A stretch of DNA of 64,000 nucleotides from Halodesulfurarchaeum sp. GTDB lineage: Archaea; Halobacteriota; Halobacteria; Halobacteriales; Halobacteriaceae. Made by a program: the position numbers and the translations under genes. Below the pieces are notes generated by a model. The model worked only from the letters and a program-made list of their open reading frames with translations. It was not told the DNA's origin and searched no databases. The stretch's first letter is position 1; each line of letters opens with the position of its first letter. Location of the stretch: positions 96,001 to 160,000 of the forward strand of contig JAXHNL010000002.1 of NCBI GenBank assembly GCA_034520565.1, in the 5' to 3' direction. This document shows, piece by piece, positions 40,078-50,039 of this stretch.

Positions 40078-40849
40078 CAGTTCGGAAAAGCGGAGACCGA
40101 TGTATAAACCTGACGAATAAAGTTCGTTAGATATATGTTCAATAGTAATATATCTGCGCCGGGTCGTTCCATTCACGACCGGCCAGCTCGATCACGGCCG
40201 GCCAGTGGGGGAATCACCCGTGAGGACCTGATTCCGACGATCAAGTTCGCGGAGAATCCGAACAATCGATTCCGAACTCTTTTCGTCATTCGTCGATGTA
40301 AAACGCGGAAAATCGGACGGCACACCCGCCCCGAAGCGAGGGCCGACCGTAGACACTCCGGTACCAAATAGGGGTTTGCGGCGAAGTATTACCAGTTCAA
40401 TAAAATGTTAGTTTCTCGGACTTTCGGGAGGTCGTCGGTCCATGGCAGCGTTTCACAACTCGACATGAAAGGGCCTGTCGAACACAACTCCCTTGTGAAC
40501 GAAAACGGAACAAAAACACCACATAGTAGCCATATAGACCCAAGAAACAAGTGCTATACTGCCCGACCAAATGATTCTGGAACGACAATTCGACGGATTC
40601 GTCGTCGGATATTCAATAATTTCATGTCCCCACCCACAAAAGACGAAACCCGACTGCGTAGTACTACAATTCCTTTGTTATTGATGTGTTTTCAATCGTT
40701 TATATTCGTTACACTCCAAACAAGCGGCGACGCTGGCATTCTCATCGGTCTCTGTCGACCAACGTTTTTCGATAATTGACGATGATCCCCGAGCGGGTGG
40801 ACGGCACGTCGAAACCAGTTACAACGCAAGTCGAGTCCCCGGAGATCAG

Positions 40850-41350
40850 CTACGAGTTGCGCACGCCGTCGGCCGTGTCAGTACGGTCGGGCGACAGTTG
40901 GCCCTGAGCCATGCAGCTGTCCTCCCAGACGCGATCGTTACAGCGGTGCTTGCAATCGAGCCCCACGAATTCCCTGGCGCGCTCGAGCACTTCGGCCGGG
41001 AGGGCGAAGCTCGCCTCGTAACTTTCCGTTCCCGGTATCTCGACGTCCAGTGTCGACTCGACGAACCGAACGAAGACACACTGTCGCCACTGGAGATGCC
41101 GGGCCATCGAGGCCCCCTTCCGGGTAAGGGAAATCCCGCCGTATGGCTCGTGATCGACGTAACCGGCATCCGCCAGGTGGTTCGTCATTTCGGTCACGCT
41201 GGCCGGGCTGACGTCGAGTCGGTTGGCGATGTGGCTCGGCCGGACCTCGTCCGTCGGCCCATCCACCGAGAGGAGGATGGACCGGAGGTACCGGCCGGCG
41301 TTCCGGTTCGGAAGCTCCTGGACCGGCTCCGGATGATCTGTCAGTCCCAT
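40850..41350 (-). CDS. DtxR/SirR-like metal-dependent transcriptional regulator
   Basis: IANRLDVSPASVTEM..HL...GYV.HEPY.G..LT..G. Confidence 0.8.
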   Translation of the reverse strand: MGLTDHPEPVQELPNRNAGRYLRSILLSVDGPTDEVRPSHIANRLDVSPASVTEMTNHLADAGYVDHEPYGGISLTRKGASMARHLQWRQCVFVRFVESTLDVEIPGTESYEASFALPAEVLERAREFVGLDCKHRCNDRVWEDSCMAQGQLSPDRTDTADGVRNS

Positions 41351-41353
41351 CGG

Positions 41354-41704
41354 TCAGGTCCCCTCGGCGTCGGTCCGCCAGTACACCCGGGTGCCACCGA
41401 CTTTGCGACGATCAAGCCGATCGGCATCACAGAGATCGTTGAGTTTGCGTCGAGCCCCCTCCGTGGTGCTGTCGAAGTGGGCTGCCACGTCGGTCGTGGC
41501 GATTACCGGCCCTGGCACGCGGTCGAGCAGGTCGAATATCTCCTCCTCGCTCATCCGCTCGACGTACTGGCCGCGTTCGTTTCGTCGCCTCGACCGGTCG
41601 TCACCAGCTCGGCGACGCTTGTTGCCCGTCTTCCCGCCCCTGTGGCCCGTGGAACTGGACTCGGTGTCCGCCCGGGAACCGCCGTGACCCTGCTTTCGGG
41701 ACAT
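41354..41704 (-). CDS. Small winged-HTH protein
   Basis: TTDVAAHF.....ARRKL..L......RRKVG...VYW. Confidence 0.65.
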   Translation of the reverse strand: MSRKQGHGGSRADTESSSTGHRGGKTGNKRRRAGDDRSRRRNERGQYVERMSEEEIFDLLDRVPGPVIATTDVAAHFDSTTEGARRKLNDLCDADRLDRRKVGGTRVYWRTDAEGT

Positions 41705-41886
41705 ACCTCACACTCTACGGCCGTCGAAGTTAACCGTTTTGGAGGTTCCAAGTGGGTGGGACCAACCGGGGAATCCACGGACCGATTGGGGAACGCTTTT
41801 GCAACCGGGAGACCAATATGAAGGCTGTAAAGAGACAGCTCGGGAGCGGACCGATTCCCGATCAGTCTCGTCTCCCCGAGACATCC

Positions 41887-42312
41887 ATGGCACAAACGAT
41901 CAAGGAAATGGTCTACTCGAGCGTCTCGCCCGAGGAGGTCTTCGAGTCCTTCTACGGGCTCAATCACCGCGAGCGCCAGACCTACGAGACGATCCTGCGC
42001 GCGGAGGAGCCACTCTCCGTGGAGGCCATCGCCGACCGAATGGACTGTTCGCTCTCGACGGCCTACCGCTACGTGGACACCCTGGAGGCCCACGACCTCG
42101 TGCACGTCACCGGACTCTACGGGGGCGACTACCTCAAGTCGGCGTACACCGCCGTTGATCCCGCGGAGATCGCCGAGCACATGTTCGAGTACGTCGATTA
42201 CAAGTACCGGAAATGCGAGCAAAACATCGAGGCGATCGCCGAGCGCACGGGCGACGACGCGGACTGCGAGGAAACCGAGTGGGATCGCCCGGGCACGTTT
42301 CTCTCGCACTGA
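41887..42312 (+). CDS. TrmB-like HTH transcriptional regulator
   Basis: YGLN..E..TY..L....PLSVEAIADRMDCSLSTAYR.V..L. Confidence 0.8.
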   Translation: MAQTIKEMVYSSVSPEEVFESFYGLNHRERQTYETILRAEEPLSVEAIADRMDCSLSTAYRYVDTLEAHDLVHVTGLYGGDYLKSAYTAVDPAEIAEHMFEYVDYKYRKCEQNIEAIAERTGDDADCEETEWDRPGTFLSH

Positions 42313-42429
42313 CGGGACGGTCGATCGAACCGGGTCGTCGTTGCTGCCATCGGGTGTCGTTTCGTCTGGTCGAGTCGAGAGATGACAGGAAGTTTTGGGT
42401 ACTGTCAGTGAACGGCGAACACGACCGCG

Positions 42430-43512
42430 TTACACGACTGTGAGCGGAAGTTTCACTGCCGCGAAGATGATGACATAGCGGAGGAAAAAGCCCCCGACCA
42501 GCACCAGCCCGTACTTCAGGACGTAGCCTGCCCGGAAGATGGTATGCCACGTGTGGCTGCGCTCGTCGAGATCCCAGAGCGCTGAAGAGCCAGTCATCAC
42601 GAGCGAGAGCGCGAGCGGCGTGAGCAATCCGAGCCCGACGACGCCGACCCAGAACGGCGTCGAAAACACCGAGTTAAGCGACTCGACGGTAGCCTGACTC
42701 GCGAGGCACTCACTTCGACCCTGGAGGACGCGGTAGAACGTCAGGAGAATCCCGAGTTCGATCACGATGAGCGCGTCGTCGGCCAGGCTGTACTGGTGAA
42801 CAGTCTCGGTGAGGCCGTCGAAGATGGTCGGTATCGCGACCGTGGCTGCCAGGCCCGTCGAAACGCCGCTCATGAGAAAGAGCGGCGGCAGGTAGCTCCG
42901 GTTCCAGAGCGGACAGGTCCACAGGTCCGAGAGGAGCATCGACGTGTAGACGATCACGCCGAGCCCGAGCACGGCCACGAAGCCGCGGACGAACGGGTGC
43001 AATCGCTCCGGCGGGCGGGTGCTGTCGGCAAATCGGTCGAACAGTTTCAGGAGGACGGGTTCGCCGGCGATCCTGACCCACCCGAGGATCCGGCGCGGGA
43101 CGTAACTCCCCGCCGTCTTGCCCCGCTTGTCCGAGCCGAACAGGAGCCAGATCGCATCGACGGTTGCAAGCACCGAGAACAGGACGATGAGCCAGGTCCC
43201 GATCACGAGCCACGAGCCGTAGTTCGTGAAGTTCCACACGAACGTCAGCGCACGGAGCGGCGCGCCGAGGTGATAAAGGAGGGCGGCGGTGCCGACCCCG
43301 ATCGACACGATCGCGAGAATGCCACCCCATCGGGCGGTCTCTCCCCGCGATCTTGCCTCGGCCTCGTCGGCCGTCCGACCCTGCAATACCATCGCCGTCA
43401 TCGAGGTCACGTAGGAGCCGCCGCTCACCCCACCGAGAAAGAGGTAGGTGGCGATGAACAGCCCCCAGTGAACCCGGGGCACCCAGAGGACGCCACTTTC
43501 TGCTGCGACCAT
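42430..43512 (-). CDS. NrfD/PsrC family membrane anchor
   Basis: WGLFIATYLFLGG, HLGAPLR, SWLVIG, YTSMLL...PLWN, GGFFLRY. Confidence 0.92.
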   Translation of the reverse strand: MVAAESGVLWVPRVHWGLFIATYLFLGGVSGGSYVTSMTAMVLQGRTADEAEARSRGETARWGGILAIVSIGVGTAALLYHLGAPLRALTFVWNFTNYGSWLVIGTWLIVLFSVLATVDAIWLLFGSDKRGKTAGSYVPRRILGWVRIAGEPVLLKLFDRFADSTRPPERLHPFVRGFVAVLGLGVIVYTSMLLSDLWTCPLWNRSYLPPLFLMSGVSTGLAATVAIPTIFDGLTETVHQYSLADDALIVIELGILLTFYRVLQGRSECLASQATVESLNSVFSTPFWVGVVGLGLLTPLALSLVMTGSSALWDLDERSHTWHTIFRAGYVLKYGLVLVGGFFLRYVIIFAAVKLPLTVV

Positions 43513-43518
43513 CTGTTT

Positions 43519-44142
43519 TTACCCCTGGAACGGAATCGGTGTCTCGACATCCGCGGCCGCCTGACAGGTTTCGTCCGTCGGTGGCTCGACGATGACCGAG
43601 GTCGGGTTCTGCTCGAACCGTCGCGCGGCGGCCTCCGAGGCCAGATCCATCAACTCGCCGATCGGGCCGGCGTGGAGTGCCTCGCCCACGCACTCGTCGA
43701 CGCAGGCGGGTTCGAGCGGCTCGTCCTGGGTGTTTTTCGACTCGGCCCCGGCACCGGCGCCGGGCCCCTTGTCGAGACAGAGGTTGCACTTCTGCATCAA
43801 GCCCTCCTCGCCGTACTGGGGCGCGCCATACGGGCAGGCCCACCCACAGTACCGACAGCCGATACAGTCGTCGCGATTGATAGTGACGATGCCGTCGCTG
43901 TCCCGCTTCTCGATGGCGTTGGTCGGGCAGACGTTCACACACGGGGCGTCCTCACAGTGCATGCAGGAAAGGGAGATATTCGTCTCCTGATAGTCGGGGA
44001 ACTCGCCGGTTGCAACGGTTTCGACCCGTCGCCAGTCGACGTGGCCGGCGTCGACGTCGTGCCGGTTTTTGCAGGCGATCGCACAGGCGTTACAGCCCAT
44101 ACAGGCGTTCGAGTCGAAGTAGAACCCCCACTGCTCGCCCAT
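43519..44142 (-). CDS. 4Fe-4S subunit (PsrB family)
   Basis: Four Cys clusters; close paralog of 9695-10291. Confidence 0.93.
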   Translation of the reverse strand: MGEQWGFYFDSNACMGCNACAIACKNRHDVDAGHVDWRRVETVATGEFPDYQETNISLSCMHCEDAPCVNVCPTNAIEKRDSDGIVTINRDDCIGCRYCGWACPYGAPQYGEEGLMQKCNLCLDKGPGAGAGAESKNTQDEPLEPACVDECVGEALHAGPIGELMDLASEAAARRFEQNPTSVIVEPPTDETCQAAADVETPIPFQG

Positions 44143-46517
44143 CAGTGTTCACCTCCACGCTTCGAGACGGAAATCGCGATGTGTCTATCGATTTCGCCGG
44201 AGATCGGATCGATCTGGTCTGGCCTGTTCAGTAACATGTTGTTCGCGCCCTCCTCGTCTGCCCGCTTGTCCGCTGTCTCGCCGGTGTCCTGAATGGAGCC
44301 GCGACCGAACCCGTAGGGCTCGACGCTGACGGCCCCGGGACGAATCCCTTCCGTAACCGCTGCCATCAGTTCGGCCTCCCCGTGTTCGGAAGCGATCGTA
44401 ACCATGTCCCCGTGTTCGATACCCCGCGCCTCGGCGTCCTCGGTGTTGATCACGAGGTAGTTGCCGCGGTACTCGTGGTGTTCGAGATCGTAGGATTCGG
44501 CCAGCTGTTCGAGCGGCTTGGAGAGGGCCTGGTCGCCCCCGTGAGAGAACTCAACCGTGCGGGCGTCGATCATCTCCAGGGGGTACTCCTCGGTCAGTTC
44601 GTCGCCGATCGTCCCCGGGGGCACCCACTGTGGCCCGGTCTCGATCTCGGTGCCGACCTCGTCGCTCAGCGTCTCGTAGGCGCCCGTGAGCTTCTTGTCG
44701 AGGTCGAACCAGAACGTATCCGCACCCTGTGCGAAACCGCCCTGTTTCCACTTCTCGTAGCCGAACTCGTCGGTAAGGACGTACGTGTCCTCGGCCTCCA
44801 GGTCCTCGAGGATCAAATCGAGGGCGGAGAGCTGATCGTTTATGTACGCCTCCTTGGAGTCCCAGACGAAGTAGTCCTCGAAGCCCATCGCCCGGCCCAG
44901 CCCCTGGATAATGTCGAAGCCAGACTTGGTGTTCCACTGGGGTTCGATCGCGGCCTTCGAACCGGTGACCCACGTCTCCGTGTTGTAGGCGCCGTAGCCA
45001 CCGGAGCCAAGCATCGGCTTTTCGAGCTGTGAGGACTCGGGGAAGACCACGTCGGCTTTCCGGGCCGTCTCGCTCCAGAACGCGTCGATGCCGATGATGA
45101 GGTCCATCTGGTCGAGCGCGCCCGCCCGGTCCTCGGTGCCCAGCCACTCCTGACTGGCGCCGTCCGTGACCGGATTGCGGTAGTAATAGACCATCCCGTT
45201 CACGACCCCGTCTTCGACCATCTTGGGGACGTTGTTCTGGACGGGCTTGTTGGTGAGAGACGCATACCCCGCGTCGGGGTCGGTCAAGTAGCACATATTC
45301 TCCGCAGCGTTGTCCGGGAGATCGGCTTCACACCCGACCTCGAAGGGGTCCGAGAGGTCCGGCGACCCGAACCAGCGCTGACCACCCGGCCGGTCGATGT
45401 TGCCAACGAGGCCGGTCAGTGCCACGACGTTCTGGGCCGCCTTCTGGTGGTCGGCACTCTGCCCAAGCCCGGTCCAGGAGGTGATCGCGGCCTGCGGGGC
45501 GGACCGACCGAAGCCCGTCGCGACCTCGCGGATGACGTCGGGCTCGAGCCCGGTCTTCTCGGCCGCCCATTCCGGCGTTTTGTCGGCAACGGCCTCCCGG
45601 TAGGCCTCGAACCCGTGGGTGTGATTCTCGACGAACTCGGCGTCGTAGAGCACCTCCTCGATGATGACGTTGGCCATCGCGAGCGCGAGTGCGCCGTCCG
45701 TTCGGGGCTCGATCGGGAGCCACTTGTCCGACTTCTTGGCGGTCTCCGTGTAGACCGGGTCGATCGTGACGATCGTCGCGCCACGCTCTCTGGCCCGGAG
45801 CAACTGCTTTGCCTCCCACTGGCCGGCGAAGGTCTCGAGTGGATCCCGCCCCCAGACGAGGAGGTACTCCGTGTTCTCGTAGTCGACCCAGCGGATGTTC
45901 CCGCCGCCAAGTCCCATGAGCGTCCCGGTGACGGCCATGGAACCGAAACAGGTCGGGGTCGGATGGGGCATCGAGTTCGGGCAGCCATAGAGGTTCCCGA
46001 AGAGGGTACTGAAGATGCCGGCAGTTCCCCACCCGTGGAACTCGATCAGGCTCTCCGGCCCGTACTCCGCCTTAAACTCCTCGAGGCGGCCGGCGGCGTA
46101 CTCGAAGGCCTCGTCCCAGCTCACGGCCGTCAGGTCGCCGTCTTTCCTGACGTAGGGCTGCTTGATCCGCTTGGGCGAGTAGGCCTTTTCGACCTGTGAG
46201 AGCCCCTTCGGGCAAAGCGTGCCCTTCGTCCCCTCGCCCGCACTTCCGCGCGGGTGGCCATCGATACCGTGGACTTCGGTCGCGATTTCGGACCCGTCCT
46301 GGGTTGCTTCGAGGGTCACCTCCATGCCACAGAGCTTGTGACATTGCCAGCAGTTCCCGTATGCGGTGTGCTCGTTCGACGATTCGCTCTTGGCATCCCC
46401 GGACTGAGCGGCCGTGGCACCGACGCCGGCCGCGAGCGCGCCGGCAGCGGATGCCTTCAAGAGTGTCCGTCTGGTGAGGCCGTCAGTTTCCTCGCGGTCG
46501 GGCTGTGAGTGTGACAT
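44142..46517 (-). CDS. Tat-exported molybdopterin oxidoreductase catalytic subunit (polysulfide reductase PsrA-like)
   Basis: TRRTLLK, CWQCHKLC...LCPKG, PTCFG (candidate Cys ligand); followed by PsrB- and NrfD-type genes. Confidence 0.88.
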   Translation of the reverse strand: MSHSQPDREETDGLTRRTLLKASAAGALAAGVGATAAQSGDAKSESSNEHTAYGNCWQCHKLCGMEVTLEATQDGSEIATEVHGIDGHPRGSAGEGTKGTLCPKGLSQVEKAYSPKRIKQPYVRKDGDLTAVSWDEAFEYAAGRLEEFKAEYGPESLIEFHGWGTAGIFSTLFGNLYGCPNSMPHPTPTCFGSMAVTGTLMGLGGGNIRWVDYENTEYLLVWGRDPLETFAGQWEAKQLLRARERGATIVTIDPVYTETAKKSDKWLPIEPRTDGALALAMANVIIEEVLYDAEFVENHTHGFEAYREAVADKTPEWAAEKTGLEPDVIREVATGFGRSAPQAAITSWTGLGQSADHQKAAQNVVALTGLVGNIDRPGGQRWFGSPDLSDPFEVGCEADLPDNAAENMCYLTDPDAGYASLTNKPVQNNVPKMVEDGVVNGMVYYYRNPVTDGASQEWLGTEDRAGALDQMDLIIGIDAFWSETARKADVVFPESSQLEKPMLGSGGYGAYNTETWVTGSKAAIEPQWNTKSGFDIIQGLGRAMGFEDYFVWDSKEAYINDQLSALDLILEDLEAEDTYVLTDEFGYEKWKQGGFAQGADTFWFDLDKKLTGAYETLSDEVGTEIETGPQWVPPGTIGDELTEEYPLEMIDARTVEFSHGGDQALSKPLEQLAESYDLEHHEYRGNYLVINTEDAEARGIEHGDMVTIASEHGEAELMAAVTEGIRPGAVSVEPYGFGRGSIQDTGETADKRADEEGANNMLLNRPDQIDPISGEIDRHIAISVSKRGGEH

Positions 46518-46520
46518 CGC

Positions 46521-46742
46521 TTATTCCTCCGGCCCGGCGACCGGCCGCTCGTCGAAGCCGAACTCCTCGACGACCCGGTCGTGAAATCGCTCGTAGAACT
46601 CGGCTTCGGTCAGTTCGCCGGTTCGCAGCTGCTTTGCGGCCTCGCCCATCGCCTTGCCGAGTTCCCGATCGTACTCGGCCGCCGGCTCGGCGATCACAGA
46701 AAGCGGGGAGCTATCCGTCGGTCGTGACTCGTGTTCCGCCAT
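46521..46742 (-). CDS. Small DmsE-like protein
   Basis: YDRELGKAMGEAAKQLRTGELTEAEFYERFHDRVVEEFG; paralog of 12593-12829. Confidence 0.75.
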   Translation of the reverse strand: MAEHESRPTDSSPLSVIAEPAAEYDRELGKAMGEAAKQLRTGELTEAEFYERFHDRVVEEFGFDERPVAGPEE

Positions 46743-46815
46743 GGTGACTTCGGTGACTGCTATTCATCACACACACAAAGACCCGCGAACGGTTCCAATA
46801 ATCTTGTAAGCATTT

Positions 46816-47805
46816 TCAATAGTTACCCACAACCGTCGTAATCGTCGGGAGCCAATAACATGGCATCAAATGGCCGGTAACGGCTGTTTTGTCGTTTGGC
46901 ACTTCCAAACTGCGGGCGTATTTTCCGCCAGTGTCGTGAGTTGTTCGAACAATATTGATCCCGATACCGGTGGCCGCGTCCTTCATCGCCTCGAGGAGGG
47001 TCGGATCGACCGCGCCGTCCGCGTAAATCGTCCGTCGGGGACCGAGCACCCCCACCGATCCGACCACCTCCTCCTCGCCCCCGAAGATGGGGACGCCAAG
47101 ACAGGCGATCTGCCCGTGGTCGGTCACGGCGTATCCCTGTGCCGCGACGGTCTCCAGCCGGGCCGTCAATTCGTCGCGTTCGACCGGCAGTTCGCGGGCG
47201 TACTTCGCGAGCGGACAGTCGAACTCGCAGCCGGTATCACAGGAGAGCAGCCCGTACCGCTCGACGATCGATTCGACCGTCGCCGAATCCATCCCCGAAA
47301 GAATCGACAGCCCCGGCCCGTTGCAGTGGAGATACCGCCGGGTGCCCTGCGAGAGGCGGTTCTTCGAGATGAGGTCGGACGTCGTCCGGGAGTACAGGCA
47401 ATAGCCGTATCCGTGCTCGGGAGCCATCACGGTGAACACGCCCTCGAAGCGATCCGCGAGCGCGTCGATCTTCGGCTTCCCCTCCTCGAACAGGTTGCGC
47501 CCCCGGATCGATTTGTTGCAGACGTCCAGCACCCGGAGCCCGATGGCGAACTCGCCGGAATCGAGTTTCGTCACGTATCCCTCCGACCGGAGCGTACTGA
47601 CGTAATTCGAGGCCGTTCCCTTCGAGACGCCGAGTTCGTCGGCGATTTCGCCGATGGTGGCTCCGTCACGGTCTTTCAGCACCTCGATGAGTTCCAGCGT
47701 TCGCGAGGCTGCCTGTACCGGATTCGTCGGCAGGGCGGCTGGCTGCTGCTGGGGCACCCGGTATCCCTGGTCCGGGTCCATCCCGGCCCGCGGTCGTTTT
47801 GACAT
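46816..47805 (-). CDS. IclR family transcriptional regulator
   Basis: HTH EIADELGVSKGTAS, then effector domain YLHCNGPG...QGYA...GVPI. Confidence 0.85.
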   Translation of the reverse strand: MSKRPRAGMDPDQGYRVPQQQPAALPTNPVQAASRTLELIEVLKDRDGATIGEIADELGVSKGTASNYVSTLRSEGYVTKLDSGEFAIGLRVLDVCNKSIRGRNLFEEGKPKIDALADRFEGVFTVMAPEHGYGYCLYSRTTSDLISKNRLSQGTRRYLHCNGPGLSILSGMDSATVESIVERYGLLSCDTGCEFDCPLAKYARELPVERDELTARLETVAAQGYAVTDHGQIACLGVPIFGGEEEVVGSVGVLGPRRTIYADGAVDPTLLEAMKDAATGIGINIVRTTHDTGGKYARSLEVPNDKTAVTGHLMPCYWLPTITTVVGNY

Positions 47806-48138
47806 ACTAAAACGTAGCGAGGGGAGGCATAAATGCGTTCCCAAATCCGGGATTCCGCCGATCGGGAAAAACCGGCAGCAAGCAGCCGAATTGGCTGTCC
47901 GAAGACGACCGTCGTTTTGCATTCCAAAACAAGAGACAGGTCGACGGATCGTCCGTCCCGATCACGTCGCGAACTGGCCACGGGAAGGGCCGATCGGCAC
48001 GTCAAGAAGGAGCATGATTGCAAATAATTCGTTCGTTTGGATGCGTAAAACTTACACTACAGAGCTTTTAGCCCCAAAATTCGGCAGTTTCGTGAGCCGA
48101 CGGTTCGGCAAGCGACCGAAATACCTAGCGATTCCGCC

Positions 48139-48831
48139 CTAGTGGAGTGCCCAGCCCGCCTTTTCGGCCGTCGGGACGATTCCCTCGAACTCCCAGCCCG
48201 CCTCCTCGGCGATTTGTTCCTGTCCCTCGGCCCCGACGAGGACGAGCCTGTCGGAGTGGAACGTGGATCCTTCGGCGGTGACCCGGGACAGTCGCTGGGC
48301 CGGCGAGGCCGCCCCGTTGAAGAAGTCGACGTCGACGCCGTTGCGCCGGAGGAAGGTGTTGATCGTCGGCGCGTCGGCCTCGCCGACGACGCCCACCCAG
48401 TCGGACCAGGACCGCGCCTCGGAAACCACGGCGGCCGGGTTCTCGAGCTGGGTCAGCGCGGCCAGGGTGAAGGCGGTAGTCAGGTCGTGTGCGTCGGGTT
48501 CCTCTGCCTCTTCCTCCTCGGTCGGTGCCTCACAAGATTCGCCACCGGAATCGACGGCCGGTTTCTCCCCCTTCGATTCCGGGACGCCTGGCATCTGGCT
48601 GCCCGAACTTGTGTTCGCGTTTCCCGCCTCCCGGGCGTCGGGTTCGCTGGGTTCCTCGGGAGACTCGTCTTCGCTGGGCACGCCCGGCATCGGCGCGCCG
48701 CCGTCAGTTCGGACTGGACGACCGGCGGTCCGTCCGTCGTCGCGGGCATCCGGGTTCATGTCACCGCGTACTGGATAAGCGCCTATTATCTTGCTGGTCG
48801 CGAGAAGCCCAACCGGATCTGGACGAGCCAT
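48139..48831 (-). CDS. Conserved haloarchaeal hypothetical protein
   Basis: LTTAFTLAAL..L.NPAAV..EAR.WSDWVGVV domain after a low-complexity N-terminus; start uncertain. Confidence 0.7.
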   Translation of the reverse strand: MARPDPVGLLATSKIIGAYPVRGDMNPDARDDGRTAGRPVRTDGGAPMPGVPSEDESPEEPSEPDAREAGNANTSSGSQMPGVPESKGEKPAVDSGGESCEAPTEEEEAEEPDAHDLTTAFTLAALTQLENPAAVVSEARSWSDWVGVVGEADAPTINTFLRRNGVDVDFFNGAASPAQRLSRVTAEGSTFHSDRLVLVGAEGQEQIAEEAGWEFEGIVPTAEKAGWALH

Positions 48832-49199
48832 CAGAACGGGGGTTCCGTCGTTCCGCCGTCTTCGCCTCCCGCTGGTCCGTCGACGCCGTCAAGCCTGCCC
48901 GACAAGTTGTCCTGTTCGAGCTGGAAAAAGCGCTCTCGCTGGGCGTCGGTCATGGTCGTGATCTCGGCCTCGAAGGACGCGCCGGTTTCCTCGACCGCCT
49001 CGCGAAGTCGCGAGACGAGGATGGTCTTGACCTGGTCGGGGATGTTCAACATCGGGAGCGCGAGCGTGACCGTCGCGGCCCTCCCGTCGAACTCGATGGC
49101 GGCGATCATCCCCAGATCGACGAGGGTCGCGTCGATCTCCGGATGGGTGACCGTCTCGACAGCCGCTTCGACCGCCTCCGCCGTCGGTTCGTCTGGCAT
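48831..49199 (-). CDS. DUF59-like iron-sulfur cluster assembly protein
   Basis: VTHPEIDATLVDLGMI...VTLALP. Confidence 0.75.
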   Translation of the reverse strand: MPDEPTAEAVEAAVETVTHPEIDATLVDLGMIAAIEFDGRAATVTLALPMLNIPDQVKTILVSRLREAVEETGASFEAEITTMTDAQRERFFQLEQDNLSGRLDGVDGPAGGEDGGTTEPPF

Positions 49200-49317
49200 G
49201 TCTCGATGTTGGGAAAGCGGCGGTGAATAGTTACTGGTTGCCCGCTGCAGTCCCCCGGTCGTGGGTGTATCGCGGGAATTCTCAAACCGAGCAACGGCCG
49301 AAACCGGTCCCGCCGAC

Positions 49318-49764
49318 TCACTCCGAGAGATTCCCCATCCACCCGATCTCCAGGTCCTCGATCGGCGGCCCTTTCGGCGCGTAGGGTTTGATATCGAGGA
49401 CCGGCGTCCCGTCGACGAGGTCGAGGTTCGAGACCGACAGCCGCGTTCCATCGATTCCGTCGAGGGCGAGAACCGACTGACCGATCGCGTTCGGTCGGGA
49501 GGGACCGGAGGTGGCGAAAATCCCGACCGGCGCTCCCTGGCCGAGCGGGCGGACCTGCAGGCGTTTTCGATCGACGAGGTGAAGATGAGTGATCGCCGTG
49601 ACGTGTGAGAACTCCTCGAGCCCCACGAGCCCCGGCTCGTATTCTGCCTCGAGAACGATCGACCCCGACGCTTCGACCGGCGTATTGCCGGGACGAGGCA
49701 CGTCTGCCGGATCCTCGAACGGCGACTCGACCACCCCGATCGGGCTGAACGTGACCGGCTTCAT
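49318..49764 (-). CDS. trmO: tRNA m6t6A37 methyltransferase TrmO/TsaA-like
   Basis: PIGVVESPF, GIFAT..P.RPN.IG, DGTPVLDIKPY. Confidence 0.88.
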   Translation of the reverse strand: MKPVTFSPIGVVESPFEDPADVPRPGNTPVEASGSIVLEAEYEPGLVGLEEFSHVTAITHLHLVDRKRLQVRPLGQGAPVGIFATSGPSRPNAIGQSVLALDGIDGTRLSVSNLDLVDGTPVLDIKPYAPKGPPIEDLEIGWMGNLSE

Positions 49765-50039
49765 ACTGGAGAATTTGCTGACGAACGGTTAATTCTTCGG
49801 CTCTCCGTTGCCACGCGCAGCGGGCGATGAAACCACAGGCGACACCACCCCCCGCTGACATCGGGGTGTCGGCTTGCTCGAAATAACAACTCCTTTAGGA
49901 GGGTGAACGAACGTTCAAGCCGAGAAGCGATGGAGCGGTGCCAGGTCCCACGGAGAAATCGGCGTTGCGGTGACGGTTCCCTCCCCACGGAAAGTGGTAC
50001 CGATACCACGTCACTTCGCTCAAGCACCGTCGTGAGACC

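Noticed and set aside
40405-40779. 124-aa ORF in the AT-rich spacer
   Set aside because: Basic, non-halophilic composition with no recognisable motif.
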